A stretch of 64,000 bases of DNA, from assembly GCA_037388025.1 (NCBI GenBank), contig JARRKO010000039.1, positions 10,295 through 74,294 of the forward strand. The letters are read 5' to 3'. Origin of the DNA: Syntrophobacterales bacterium (GTDB lineage: Bacteria > Desulfobacterota > Desulfobaccia > Desulfobaccales > 0-14-0-80-60-11). A model generated the notes under the pieces. The model had not been told where the DNA came from. It worked only from the letters and a program-made list of their open reading frames with translations, and made no database searches. This document shows positions 54,877 to 64,000 of this stretch, one piece after another. The position numbers were made by a program, and so were the translations under genes. How positions within the stretch are numbered: the first letter of the stretch is position 1; each line of letters begins with the position of its first letter.

Positions 54877-57525
54877 ATGGTAAACCTCACCATCGACGGC
54901 CGGGCCATTCAAGCGGAGCCAGGGAAAACCATCTTAGAGGTCGCCCAAGAGAACGGCATTTTCATTCCCTACCTCTGCTACCATCCGGCCCTGAAGCCCA
55001 TCGGTTCCTGCCGCATCTGCGTGGTGGAAGTAACCCCCGGACCGCCCCGACCCCTCCCCGCCTGCGCCACCTATGTGGCCGAAGGTCAGGAGGTGGTCAC
55101 CAACTCAGAGCGGGTCCAGGCCATCCGCCAAGAGCTGATGAAGCTAGTCCTCATCAACCATGCCCTGGAATGCCCCATCTGTGACAAGGGCGGCGAATGC
55201 GAACTTCAGGATCTCACCCACGCCCTGGGCATCGGCGAAGTAGATTATGAAGCCATCAAGCTGCCCCCCAACATCGACTATGCCTCCCGCCTCATCGAGC
55301 GCCACCCAGACCGCTGCGTCACCTGCGGCCGCTGTGTGCGCATTTGCCGGGACCACGTGGGGGCCATGGCCATTAACTTCATGGACCGGGGCTATTTCAC
55401 CGAGTTGGGGTCGGGGCTGGTGCCCCTGGACTGCGAGTTCTGCGGATCCTGCGTGGACATTTGCCCGGTGGGGGCCCTCATCAACACGGTCTTTAAGTAC
55501 AGGGCCCGGGCCTGGGAAGGAGAGAAGACCGAGATGGTCTGTTCCTTCTGCGGCGGCGGCTGCACTTACTCCGTGCACACGGTGGACAACCGTATCCTGC
55601 GGGTGGTGAACGAAGACACCGTGGTCCTGTGCGGTCGGGGCCGTTTCGGCTTCCCCGTGGTGGAATCCGAGGACCGTCTTAAGACCCCTCTCATTAAAGA
55701 GAATGGCGATTTCCGGGAGGCCACCTGGGATGAAGCCATGGATTTCGCGGCCTCGCGCCTCCAGGAGATTATGGACGAAGCGGGCGCGGGCGCAGTATAT
55801 GGCGTGGGTTCTCCCCGGGCCACCAACGAGGCCAATTACCTCTTCCAGAAACTTTTCCGGTCAGTGCTGGGCACCAACAACCTGGACAACCCGGCCCGGC
55901 TCCACTATCTCAAGGCCGTCAGCGCGCTGGCCCAGGTCTTCGGCTGGCCGCAGCTTGCCAAGCTCGAAGGCCCCAAGGCCAAGTCCGAGCCTTATCACTC
56001 GTCGTTCAACATCACCGAGGGGTCCGAGGGCAGCGGCTTCAGCTCTGTCCTGGGAACCTTGAGTGAACTTCCCAAGGCTGACCTGGCCCTGGTGATCGGC
56101 ACCGACCTCACCCCGGAAATGCCACCCCTGGGGTGGGCCCTGATGGCGGCCCGGCAAAACGAGGCTTTCAAGCTCATCGTGGCCAACCCCCGCCAGACCA
56201 AGTTCGACCGCTACGCCGATCTCAGTCTGCGCTATAAGCCCGGGGCCGAACGGATGGTCATTGCCGGCCTGATCAAAGCCCTGTTGGGGGCGAATCCCGA
56301 GCTGGCCCCGGCCATCCAGGCCAAGGGGTGGGAGGATTTTCAGGAGATCCCCAAGAAATACGGCCCCAAGGAGTGGGCCACCCGCTCCGGGCTGGAAGAA
56401 TTCGCTCCCTTTGAAGAAGCCGCGCAGCTCCTGCTCCAGGCCCAGTCCCCGGCCATCATCTTCGGCACCGAGCTTCTGGGGCAGGATAAAGGCGATCAGA
56501 CCGCCCTGGCCCTGGCCGACCTTTTTCTCATCATCGGCCGGCCTGACAGTCCGGGCAGCAAACTGTATCCCATTGCGGAGAAGGCCAACACCCGAGGCGC
56601 CTGTGAACTGGGCGTCCTCCCCGACCGGCTGCCCGGGTATCTGCCCCTCAACGCCGACAATGCCGCGGCTTTCTTCGGCAGCAAGCCCCCGGTTTCCGAG
56701 CCCGGCCCCACACTGCTAGAGGCCCTGGACCTTCTGGAGCAGGGTGACCCCGCCGCGCCCCAGGCCATCTATGCCCTGGGCGGCGACCTGCTGCGCTGGC
56801 TGCCCAACCGGTCCCGCACGCAAAAGCTGTTGAAAAAGCTTAAGTTCCTGGTGGTGCAGGATGCCTTCCTCACCGACACCGCCAAGCTGGCCGACGTGGT
56901 TTTGCCGGTGGCGGTGCACGCCGAGCAGGAAGGCACCTACCTCAGCAGCGGCGGGCAGTTGGGCGTTTTGGCCCGAGCCCTGAACGGCAACGGCGTGCGC
57001 CCCGACTGGCAAATCATTTGCGATCTGGCCACCCGGCTGGGCTTGCGCATGTCCTATCGCAACCCGGCCCACATCTTCCAGGAACTCTCCAGTCTTATGC
57101 CCTCCTGGGCTGGTCTGGCCCCCAAGCTGGCCCTACCCTGCCCCGCGGTGCAAGCCACCGTTTCTGGTGAGTTCCAACCCTTTGATGTGGACATCAGCCT
57201 GCCGGGACGGCGGCCCCTAGCATTGATTATCGGCAAATCCCTGCAACACTCCGGCTCCTTTACCACCCACGCGCCGGTCGGCACCCTCCAGGTAACCCCG
57301 GGGGCAACCCTGCGGCTCAATCCTGAAGATGCGGCCGGCCTGGAACTCGAGCCGGGAGAAGAGGTGAAGGTGATTTCTTCCCACGGCGAAGTGGCGGCCA
57401 CGGTGCAATTGAGCCTGGACTTGCCGCCGGGAGTCGCTTTTCTGCCGGAGCATTTCGGCGAACCGGCGGCGAACAAGCTTACCCTCAATTCCAACTTGGT
57501 ACGGGTAACTATTCAGAAGGCATAA
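54877..57525 (+). CDS. nuoG: NADH-quinone oxidoreductase subunit G (molybdopterin-oxidoreductase-like)
   Basis: N-terminal 2Fe-2S and 4Fe-4S Cys motifs (CRICVVEV, HALECPICDKGGECELQ, CVTCGRCVRIC), then an MopB-like domain. 882 aa. Confidence 0.88.
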   Translation: MVNLTIDGRAIQAEPGKTILEVAQENGIFIPYLCYHPALKPIGSCRICVVEVTPGPPRPLPACATYVAEGQEVVTNSERVQAIRQELMKLVLINHALECPICDKGGECELQDLTHALGIGEVDYEAIKLPPNIDYASRLIERHPDRCVTCGRCVRICRDHVGAMAINFMDRGYFTELGSGLVPLDCEFCGSCVDICPVGALINTVFKYRARAWEGEKTEMVCSFCGGGCTYSVHTVDNRILRVVNEDTVVLCGRGRFGFPVVESEDRLKTPLIKENGDFREATWDEAMDFAASRLQEIMDEAGAGAVYGVGSPRATNEANYLFQKLFRSVLGTNNLDNPARLHYLKAVSALAQVFGWPQLAKLEGPKAKSEPYHSSFNITEGSEGSGFSSVLGTLSELPKADLALVIGTDLTPEMPPLGWALMAARQNEAFKLIVANPRQTKFDRYADLSLRYKPGAERMVIAGLIKALLGANPELAPAIQAKGWEDFQEIPKKYGPKEWATRSGLEEFAPFEEAAQLLLQAQSPAIIFGTELLGQDKGDQTALALADLFLIIGRPDSPGSKLYPIAEKANTRGACELGVLPDRLPGYLPLNADNAAAFFGSKPPVSEPGPTLLEALDLLEQGDPAAPQAIYALGGDLLRWLPNRSRTQKLLKKLKFLVVQDAFLTDTAKLADVVLPVAVHAEQEGTYLSSGGQLGVLARALNGNGVRPDWQIICDLATRLGLRMSYRNPAHIFQELSSLMPSWAGLAPKLALPCPAVQATVSGEFQPFDVDISLPGRRPLALIIGKSLQHSGSFTTHAPVGTLQVTPGATLRLNPEDAAGLELEPGEEVKVISSHGEVAATVQLSLDLPPGVAFLPEHFGEPAANKLTLNSNLVRVTIQKA

Positions 57526-57529
57526 GACG

Positions 57530-58555
57530 ATGAACCTGCTCCTGCTGATTATTCTCACGGCCCTGAAGATCACCGTAGTATTTGTGGTCTTCTTGACAGT
57601 GATCGCTTACACGGTGCTCATGGAGCGGAAAGTCCTGGGGTTCATCCAGCTCCGTTACGGCCCCAACCGGGTGGGACCCTGGGGACTGTTGCAACCGCTG
57701 GCCGACCTCCTCAAGCTCCTGTTTAAGGAGGACTTCACTCCGCCGGGTGCCAACCGGGTGCTATTCACTTTGGCCCCCATAATCACCGCAGTCACCGCGT
57801 TTCTGCCCTTTGCGGTGATTCCCTTCGCCAGTAACATCCTGCCCGCCAAGATCACTATTTATGGGCAAACCATCGATCTGACCGTGGCGAACCTGAATCA
57901 GGGCGTCATTGCCGACATGAACGTGGGACTCCTCTACGTCTTTGCCATGGGCTCCCTGGCGGTTTACGGCGCGGTGCTGGGTGGCTGGGCCTCCAACAAC
58001 AAGTACTCCCTGTTGGGGGGCCTGCGCCTTTCCGCCCAGATGGTAAGCTACGAGCTGGCCCTGGGCCTTTCTGTCATCGGCGTCCTCATGTTGGCCGGCT
58101 CCCTGAGCCTGGTGAAGATCGTGGAAGCCCAGAAGTCCATGTGGTTCATTGTCTATCAGCCCCTGGGTTTTTTACTGTTCCTCACCGCCGCGTTCGCCGA
58201 GTGCGCCCGCACTCCCTTTGACCTGATCGAGTGCGAAAACGAGCTGGTGGCCGGCTTTCAAACCGAATATAGCTCCATGAAATGGGCCTTGTTTATGCTG
58301 GGGGAATACTGCCATATCATTGTGGCCAGCGCGCTGACCGTTACCCTCTTTTTAGGCGGCTGGCAAGGCCCCTTTCTCCCGCCCATTGTTTGGTTCACCC
58401 TGAAGACTTTCGCTCTGGTGTTTTTCTTCATGTGGGTGCGGGGGACCTTTCCGCGGTTCCGCTTTGACCAGCTTATGCAACTGGGCTGGAAGGTGCTTCT
58501 CCCCCTGGCTCTGCTCAACATCGTGGCCACCGGAGTTGTGATGGTGATGCTGTAG
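57530..58555 (+). CDS. nuoH: NADH-quinone oxidoreductase subunit H
   Basis: 341 aa, polytopic. LMERKVLGFIQLRYGPNRVG signature. Confidence 0.93.
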   Translation: MNLLLLIILTALKITVVFVVFLTVIAYTVLMERKVLGFIQLRYGPNRVGPWGLLQPLADLLKLLFKEDFTPPGANRVLFTLAPIITAVTAFLPFAVIPFASNILPAKITIYGQTIDLTVANLNQGVIADMNVGLLYVFAMGSLAVYGAVLGGWASNNKYSLLGGLRLSAQMVSYELALGLSVIGVLMLAGSLSLVKIVEAQKSMWFIVYQPLGFLLFLTAAFAECARTPFDLIECENELVAGFQTEYSSMKWALFMLGEYCHIIVASALTVTLFLGGWQGPFLPPIVWFTLKTFALVFFFMWVRGTFPRFRFDQLMQLGWKVLLPLALLNIVATGVVMVML

Positions 58556-58573
58556 ATTTTAAGCTGCTAACAT

Positions 58574-58608
58574 CAACTTTGAACTTTGAACCTTGAACCT
58601 TGAACGAG
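58574..58608. repeat. Heptad array in the nuoH-nuoI spacer (GAACCTT type)
   Basis: caacttt gaacttt gaacctt gaacctt gaacgag. Shares a perfect 16-mer with 6890-6905. Confidence 0.85.
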
Positions 58609-58615
58609 GCCATAT

Positions 58616-59047
58616 ATGATTATCCCGCTGCTCAAAGGACTGGCCACCACCATCAGGCACTGCTTCAGCAAGCCTGTCACCCTCCAGTACCCTGAGGTCA
58701 AGCGGCCGGTTTATCCCCGTTTTCGGGGCCACCCGGAACTGGTGGTGAACGAGGATGGCAACCGCCGTTGCGTGGCCTGCACGCTGTGCAAGGTGGTCTG
58801 CCCCAGCAATGCCATCAAGGAGATTGTGCCGGCGGAAGGCGAGGAGCACGAGAAATACCCGGTTCAGTTCGTCATCGACCTGACCCGCTGTATTTTCTGC
58901 GGTTTTTGCCAGGAGGCCTGCCCCAAGGCGGCCATCAAACTGAATAACCTGTATGAGTTGGCCCAGTACCAGAAAAGCGTCCTCATCCTCGACATCGACC
59001 GGGCCACCCAGGCCAAGTCGGAAATGCGTATGACGGATTGGCTGTAA
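58616..59047 (+). CDS. nuoI: NADH-quinone oxidoreductase subunit I
   Basis: Two ferredoxin-type motifs (CVACTLCKVVCP, CIFCGFCQEACP). Confidence 0.9.
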   Translation: MIIPLLKGLATTIRHCFSKPVTLQYPEVKRPVYPRFRGHPELVVNEDGNRRCVACTLCKVVCPSNAIKEIVPAEGEEHEKYPVQFVIDLTRCIFCGFCQEACPKAAIKLNNLYELAQYQKSVLILDIDRATQAKSEMRMTDWL

Positions 59048-59051
59048 GGCC

Positions 59052-59131
59052 GGTTTTCGGTTTTCGGTAAAACATTGAATACAATCGCCATGAATAATCA
59101 GCAGAAAACAGCACACACTGAACAGAAAACT
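59052..59131. repeat. Heptad arrays in the nuoI-nuoJ spacer
   Basis: GGTTTTCGGTTTTCGGTAAA (59052-59071, identical to 54755-54774) and atcagca gaaaaca gcacaca ctgaaca gaaaact (59097-59131). Confidence 0.85.
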
Positions 59132-59152
59132 CCCCTCAGGGAGGCATAAGGG

Positions 59153-59650
59153 ATGGACTTAATTTTCTTTGGCCTGGCTGGAGTGGCGCTGATCTCCGGG
59201 GTGCTGGTGGTCTTCCAAACCCACCCCCTCAGGAGCGCGCTCTGGCTCATCGTGAATTTCTTTGCGGTGGCCGGCATCTATCTTCTGCTGCACGCCGAAT
59301 TCATCGCCGCCATCCAAATCATCGTTTACGCCGGGGCCATTATGGTCCTGTTCCTCTTTGTCATCATGCTGTTGAACCTGAGGCAACCGGAGGAGCCCAC
59401 CAAAGAGCCCTATTCGGCCCAGAAGGTGGTGGGGGTGGCCTTGAGCGCGGCCGCGGCCCTCTTTTTGTCCTACGGTCTGGCCCAGGTGAAAATGTCTCCC
59501 GCGGCCCCGGCCAAGGTCGGTTTGGGAAACACCGAGTCCATCGCCAAACTGCTCTTCACCGACTATCTGCTGCCCTTTGAGGTCACCAGTGTGCTGCTCT
59601 TGGTGGCCATCGTCGGCGCGGTGGTATTGTCCAAGAGCAAGTTGAAGTAA
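59153..59650 (+). CDS. nuoJ: NADH-quinone oxidoreductase subunit J
   Basis: 165 aa, polytopic, NuoJ-like text (AIQIIVYAGAIMVLFLFVIM). Confidence 0.88.
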   Translation: MDLIFFGLAGVALISGVLVVFQTHPLRSALWLIVNFFAVAGIYLLLHAEFIAAIQIIVYAGAIMVLFLFVIMLLNLRQPEEPTKEPYSAQKVVGVALSAAAALFLSYGLAQVKMSPAAPAKVGLGNTESIAKLLFTDYLLPFEVTSVLLLVAIVGAVVLSKSKLK

Positions 59651-59670
59651 GCTAACACGGAGAACCCGTA

Positions 59671-59976
59671 ATGGTTGTACCGCTGCCGTACATTTTAGGT
59701 CTTAGCGTGGCCCTGTTTGCCCTGGGGGCGATCGGGGTCCTCATCCGGCGCAACATCCTCATCATCCTTATGTGTCTGGAGATGATGCTGAACGCCGTTA
59801 ACCTGGCCTTCATCGGTTTTGCCGATTATTTCAAAGCCGTGGACGGCCAGATGTTCGTCTTTTTCGTCATGACCGTGGCTGCGGCTGAAGTGGCGGTGGG
59901 TCTGGCCCTGGTAGTGGCCATCTTCCGCCAGCGCGCCACCGTGAACGTCGACGACCTGAACATCCTCAAATGGTGA
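59671..59976 (+). CDS. nuoK: NADH-quinone oxidoreductase subunit K
   Basis: 101 aa, three TM helices, [10 protein letters not shown] and [10 protein letters not shown] text. Confidence 0.9.
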   Translation: MVVPLPYILGLSVALFALGAIGVLIRRNILIILMCLEMMLNAVNLAFIGFADYFKAVDGQMFVFFVMTVAAAEVAVGLALVVAIFRQRATVNVDDLNILKW

Positions 59977-59986
59977 GGCTATCCCC

Positions 59987-61894
59987 ATGATCGAGTATGT
60001 CTGGCTCATCCCGGTCTTCCCCTTAATCGGCTTTATGATCAACGGCCTTATGGGGCATCGGCTCCCCAAGAACATCATAGGGACCCTCGGCTCGGCCATG
60101 GTGGGTCTGAGCTTCGCGCTCACGGTTTCCATCTTCCTCGAATACGTGAAGCTCCCGGTGGACGCCCGCCCGGTGGAAGTGACGGTTTACACCTGGATAG
60201 CTTCCGGCGGTTTCAAGGCCGTGGTAGCCTTCCTGGTGGATCCCCTGGCCCTCATTATGCTGTCGGTGGTCTCGGGTGTCAGCTTTATCATCCATATCTA
60301 CTCCGTGGGCTACATGCATGAAGATCCCGGCTTCCCCCGCTACTTCGCCTACCTCAATCTTTTCGTGTTTTTCATGCTGGTTCTGGTGGGAGCCAACAAC
60401 TTCCTCATGATGTTCGTAGGCTGGGAAGGCGTGGGGCTGTGCTCCTATCTCCTGATCGGCTTCTGGTATGAGAAGCAGTCCGCCAGCGACGCCGGCAAAA
60501 AGGCCTTCGTGGTCAACCGGATCGGCGACTTCGGCTTCCTCTTGGGCATCTTCCTTATCTTCTGGACCTTCAGCTCCGTCAACTTCCGGGAAGTCTTTAC
60601 CCTAGCTGCCAAGTATCCGGTGGGAAGCGGTGTCATCACCGCCATCACTTTGTTTCTCTTTGTGGGGGCCACCGGTAAATCAGCCCAGATTCCGCTCTAC
60701 ACCTGGCTGCCCGACGCCATGGAAGGCCCCACCCCGGTCAGCGCCTTGATTCACGCCGCCACCATGGTGACCGCCGGGGTTTATATGGTGGCCCGCTGCA
60801 GCGCCCTTTTCACCCTGGCGCCCATTTCCATGATGGTGGTGGCCATCATAGGCGCGGCCACGGCCATTTTCGCCGCTTCCATGGGCATGGCCCAGTTTGA
60901 CATCAAACGGGTCCTGGCTTACTCCACCGTGAGCCAGCTCGGCTATATGTTCCTGGCTTGCGGCGTGGGAGCCTTCACGGCCGGCATTTTCCATCTCATG
61001 ACCCACGCTTTTTTCAAGGCCCTCCTCTTTCTGGGAGCCGGCTCCATCAGCCACTCGCTCTCCGGAGAGCTGGATATGCGCAAAATGGGGGATATGCGCA
61101 AGCACATCCCCATAACCTATTGGACCTTCATGATCGCCACCCTGGCCATCTGCGGTATCTTCCCCTTCGCCGGCTTCTTCAGTAAAGACGAAATTCTTTT
61201 CCACTCCCTAGTGGACGGCCATATGATGTACTGGGGCATCGCCACAGCCGCGGCCTTTATCACGGCTTTTTACATGTTCCGGGCGGTGTTCATGGTGTTT
61301 TTCGGCGAATCCCGGGTTGAGCCCGAAGTGGCCCACCATGTCCACGAGTCGCCTCCGGTCATGACCATACCCCTCATGCTTCTGGCAGTGGGGTCGGCCT
61401 TCGGCGGCCTGGTGGGCATTCCCATTATCGAGGGCGGCCACGTCTTCAAAGAATTTTTGGCACCATCCATCATATATTCCGCAGGACACCACGTGGGTCA
61501 TTACTCCATCTCCTTTGAAGTGGGCATGATGATTTTATCCATGGCGGTGGCCTTTGCCGGCATATTTGTCGCCTACCGCATGTACATCCGCAAGCCCGAT
61601 CTGCCCGCCGTCCTGGCCAAAAAGTTCAGGGTGGCCTACGAGCTCGTCTTCAACAAGTACTACGTGGATGAGATCTACGACATGGCGGTGGTGGAGCCCG
61701 TCAAGGAAAGCTCCAACTTTCTGTGGACCGGGGTGGATGACAAGGTGGTGGACGGCGCAGTGAACGGGTCGGCGGGAGTCGTCGCCTGGCTGAGCGCCCA
61801 TATTCGCAAACTCGAAACCGGCTTCCTCCAGAACTATGCCCTGGCTATTGTCCTGGGAGTCGCCTTGATCGTCGGCTATCTCGTCGGGTTGTAA
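59987..61894 (+). CDS. nuoL: NADH-quinone oxidoreductase subunit L
   Basis: 635 aa antiporter-like subunit (WEGVGLCSYLLIGFW, SALIHAATMVTAGV). Confidence 0.93.
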   Translation: MIEYVWLIPVFPLIGFMINGLMGHRLPKNIIGTLGSAMVGLSFALTVSIFLEYVKLPVDARPVEVTVYTWIASGGFKAVVAFLVDPLALIMLSVVSGVSFIIHIYSVGYMHEDPGFPRYFAYLNLFVFFMLVLVGANNFLMMFVGWEGVGLCSYLLIGFWYEKQSASDAGKKAFVVNRIGDFGFLLGIFLIFWTFSSVNFREVFTLAAKYPVGSGVITAITLFLFVGATGKSAQIPLYTWLPDAMEGPTPVSALIHAATMVTAGVYMVARCSALFTLAPISMMVVAIIGAATAIFAASMGMAQFDIKRVLAYSTVSQLGYMFLACGVGAFTAGIFHLMTHAFFKALLFLGAGSISHSLSGELDMRKMGDMRKHIPITYWTFMIATLAICGIFPFAGFFSKDEILFHSLVDGHMMYWGIATAAAFITAFYMFRAVFMVFFGESRVEPEVAHHVHESPPVMTIPLMLLAVGSAFGGLVGIPIIEGGHVFKEFLAPSIIYSAGHHVGHYSISFEVGMMILSMAVAFAGIFVAYRMYIRKPDLPAVLAKKFRVAYELVFNKYYVDEIYDMAVVEPVKESSNFLWTGVDDKVVDGAVNGSAGVVAWLSAHIRKLETGFLQNYALAIVLGVALIVGYLVGL

Positions 61895-61908
61895 CCTAGG
61901 AGTTGCCC

Positions 61909-63444
61909 ATGCAGCTGCCCATTCTCTCTGTTCTGATCTTTCTCCCCCTGCTGGGGATCGTGCCCCTGTTTTTTCTGAGCCAGAAAAACGACAAGGTCTT
62001 GAAGGGCTACACCCTGGCCCTGTCACTGGTGGAGTTCGTGCTGTCCCTGCGTCTCTGGTTCGGGTTCAACGACGCCTCTGCCGGCATGCAGTTCGTGGAG
62101 CGCCATAACTGGCTGCCTCAGTACGGCATCAGCTATTATGTAGGGATAGACGGCTTTTCCCTGTTGTTGATCCTGCTGACCACCTTTCTGACCCCCATTT
62201 GCGTGCTGGCTACTTGGGAGGACGTGCAGTTCCGGGTCAAGGAATTCATGATCTGCCTCCTGTTCATGATGAGCGGCATGATCGGCGTCTTTGTCTCCCT
62301 GGATCTCTTCCTCTTCTATGTGTTTTGGGAATTGCAGCTCATCCCCATGTACCTGCTCATCGGCGTCTGGGGCAATCCGGCCCGCCGGGTCTACGCCGCG
62401 GTCAAATTCTTCTTGTTCACCATGTTCGGCTCGCTGCTCATGCTGGTGGCCATTTTGGTGCTCTACTTCCATTACGGCAAAACCACCGGCACCTATACCT
62501 TTGACCTCCTGAAGCTGTATGGCCTGAACGTCCCCTTCAACATGCAGTTCTGGATGTTTCTGGCCTTCGCTTTGGCCTTCGCCATTAAAGTGCCCATGTT
62601 CCCCTTCCACACCTGGCTGCCGGACGCCCACACCGAGGCGCCCACCGTGGGCTCCGTTATCCTGGCCGCGGTGCTGTTGAAAATGGGAACTTACGGCTTC
62701 CTGCGCTTTAACATGCCCCTGTTCCCTGAGGCGGCGTACTATTTCGTGCCCCTCTTCAGCATCCTGGCCATCATCGGCATCGTTTACGGGGCCCTGGTCT
62801 CCATGGTGCAGAAGGACCTGAAACGCCTCATCGCCTTTTCCTCGGTCTCACACTTGGGTTTTGTTATGCTGGGGCTCTTTACTTACACCATGCAGGGGGT
62901 CCAGGGGGGCATCATTCAGATGATCAACCACGGCCTGTCCACCGGGGCCTTGTTTTTGATTGTCGGCTGTATCTATGAGCGCCGGCACACCCGCATGATC
63001 GCCGATTTCGGGGGCCTGTCCACTCCCATGCCCATTTACGCCGCCATCTTTATGATCGTGGCCCTTTCTTCCATCGGGCTGCCGGGATTGAACGGCTTTG
63101 TGGGTGAGTTTCTTATCCTGCTGGGCGCGTTTAAGGTGAACAAACTGTATGCCGCCATCGGCGCCACCGGCGTTATTTTCGCCGCTTGCTACATGCTGTG
63201 GATGTTCCAGCGGGTGATGTTCGGCAAGGTGACCAACGAGAAAAATATGGGGTTATCGGACCTGTCCTGGCGGGAGATCGCTTATTTTGCTCCGCTCCTG
63301 CTGTTCATCGTCTGGATCGGCGTCTATCCCAGCACTTTCCTGGACAAGACCAAAGCCACTACCGCCCAGTTCATTTCCAAGATGGAAAAAGCCAAGAGCA
63401 GCAAACTCACCTTATCCCACCTCTTTAAGGGGGAGGCGAGATGA
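61909..63444 (+). CDS. nuoM: NADH-quinone oxidoreductase subunit M
   Basis: ATG at 61909 preferred (AGGAG SD 6-7 nt upstream). Antiporter-like text (FHTWLPDAHTEAPT). Confidence 0.92.
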   Translation: MQLPILSVLIFLPLLGIVPLFFLSQKNDKVLKGYTLALSLVEFVLSLRLWFGFNDASAGMQFVERHNWLPQYGISYYVGIDGFSLLLILLTTFLTPICVLATWEDVQFRVKEFMICLLFMMSGMIGVFVSLDLFLFYVFWELQLIPMYLLIGVWGNPARRVYAAVKFFLFTMFGSLLMLVAILVLYFHYGKTTGTYTFDLLKLYGLNVPFNMQFWMFLAFALAFAIKVPMFPFHTWLPDAHTEAPTVGSVILAAVLLKMGTYGFLRFNMPLFPEAAYYFVPLFSILAIIGIVYGALVSMVQKDLKRLIAFSSVSHLGFVMLGLFTYTMQGVQGGIIQMINHGLSTGALFLIVGCIYERRHTRMIADFGGLSTPMPIYAAIFMIVALSSIGLPGLNGFVGEFLILLGAFKVNKLYAAIGATGVIFAACYMLWMFQRVMFGKVTNEKNMGLSDLSWREIAYFAPLLLFIVWIGVYPSTFLDKTKATTAQFISKMEKAKSSKLTLSHLFKGEAR

Positions 63445-64000
63445 CCATACCCGTACCCAGTTTCAGCCTGTCGAGCATCGGACCCTGGCTCACTTTGACC
63501 ATTGCGGCCATTATTATTCTCTTGGTGGACGCCTTTTCACCCAAGGGCCGCAAGGGCATCTTCCCCATCCTGGCGCTATTGGCCCTGGCCGTGGCCGCCT
63601 GGCAGACTTACTGCCTCTGGGGCAAGGTGGGCGTTGACTTCTCCCGCATGGTATACCTCGACAACTTCGCGTTTTACTTCTACCTCATTATCATCCTGGG
63701 AACCGCGCTCACCATCCTCCTTTCTCCCAACTATCTGGAGGAGTTCGGCAAGAACCTCGGTGAATATTACGCCCTGGTGCTCTTTGCCGCGGTGGGCATG
63801 CTCCTCATGGCGGCCAGCGCCCATTTCATCATGATCTTCCTGGGCCTGGAAATCATGTCCATAGCGGTTTATGTGTTAGCGGGCCTCTTCCGGGAGGACC
63901 CCAGGAGCAACGAGGCCGCGCTCAAGTACCTGGTCCTGGGCGCCTTTGCCAGCGGCTTTTTGCTCTTCGGCATGGCCATGCTCTATGGCGCCGCCGGCGG
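63441..64000 (+). CDS. nuoN: NADH-quinone oxidoreductase subunit N, N-terminal part (runs off window)
   Basis: ATG overlaps the nuoM stop (ATGA). Hand translation MTIPVPSFSLSSIGPWLTLTIAAIIILLVDAF...LGLEIMSIAVYVLAG is NuoN-like. Not in the ORF track because no stop falls inside the window. Confidence 0.85.
   Translation, partial: MTIPVPSFSLSSIGPWLTLTIAAIIILLVDAFSPKGRKGIFPILALLALAVAAWQTYCLWGKVGVDFSRMVYLDNFAFYFYLIIILGTALTILLSPNYLEEFGKNLGEYYALVLFAAVGMLLMAASAHFIMIFLGLEIMSIAVYVLAGLFREDPRSNEAALKYLVLGAFASGFLLFGMAMLYGAAG

Overview
GC-rich (roughly 58-60% by eye) bacterial chromosomal segment. All calls come from manual motif recognition; I ran no searches. Gene content suggests an anaerobic Desulfobacterota/Thermodesulfobacteriota-like organism, which is inference only: archaeal-type FBP aldolase/phosphatase, folate/C1 genes (fhs, cyclodeaminase-like, pterin-binding), a NirJ/Ahb-like radical SAM enzyme and a full nuo cluster. 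Left to right the window holds: an RND efflux operon; a GAF/HD-GYP gene; tRNA-Asp followed by a degenerate repeat-rich zone; housekeeping genes (pgeF, ssb, recJ, hisB, hflX, cysS, thrS-infC-rpmI-rplT-pheS, nth); a small accessory zone at 19.6-23.3 kb; and a nuo locus (fused nuoEF, then nuoA-B-C-D-G-H-I-J-K-L-M-N, the last truncated by the window edge). Most notable observations: (1) Three same-frame ORF fragments at 19771-20478 read as one MerB-family (organomercurial lyase-like) protein. Its two in-frame TGA codons sit at the positions of the two catalytic cysteines, and each is followed 11-12 nt later by a hairpin. The second hairpin is a perfect 7-bp stem with a GGUC loop, so this is a candidate double-selenocysteine protein. 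(2) An AT-rich FRG-domain gene carries a C-terminal HepT-like HEPN (RNase-type) module and is split by a -1 frameshift. (3) The FBP aldolase/phosphatase is fused to a SorC/CggR-type sugar-phosphate-binding domain. (4) Many intergenic spacers, including several inside the nuo operon, contain period-7 tandem repeats (cyanobacterial STRR-like) plus several families of GC-rich hairpins. One perfect 24-mer and one perfect 20-mer recur at distant loci. (5) An orphan HicB-like gene lies between nuoEF and nuoA. Coordinates of small motifs were counted by hand and may be off by 1-2 nt.
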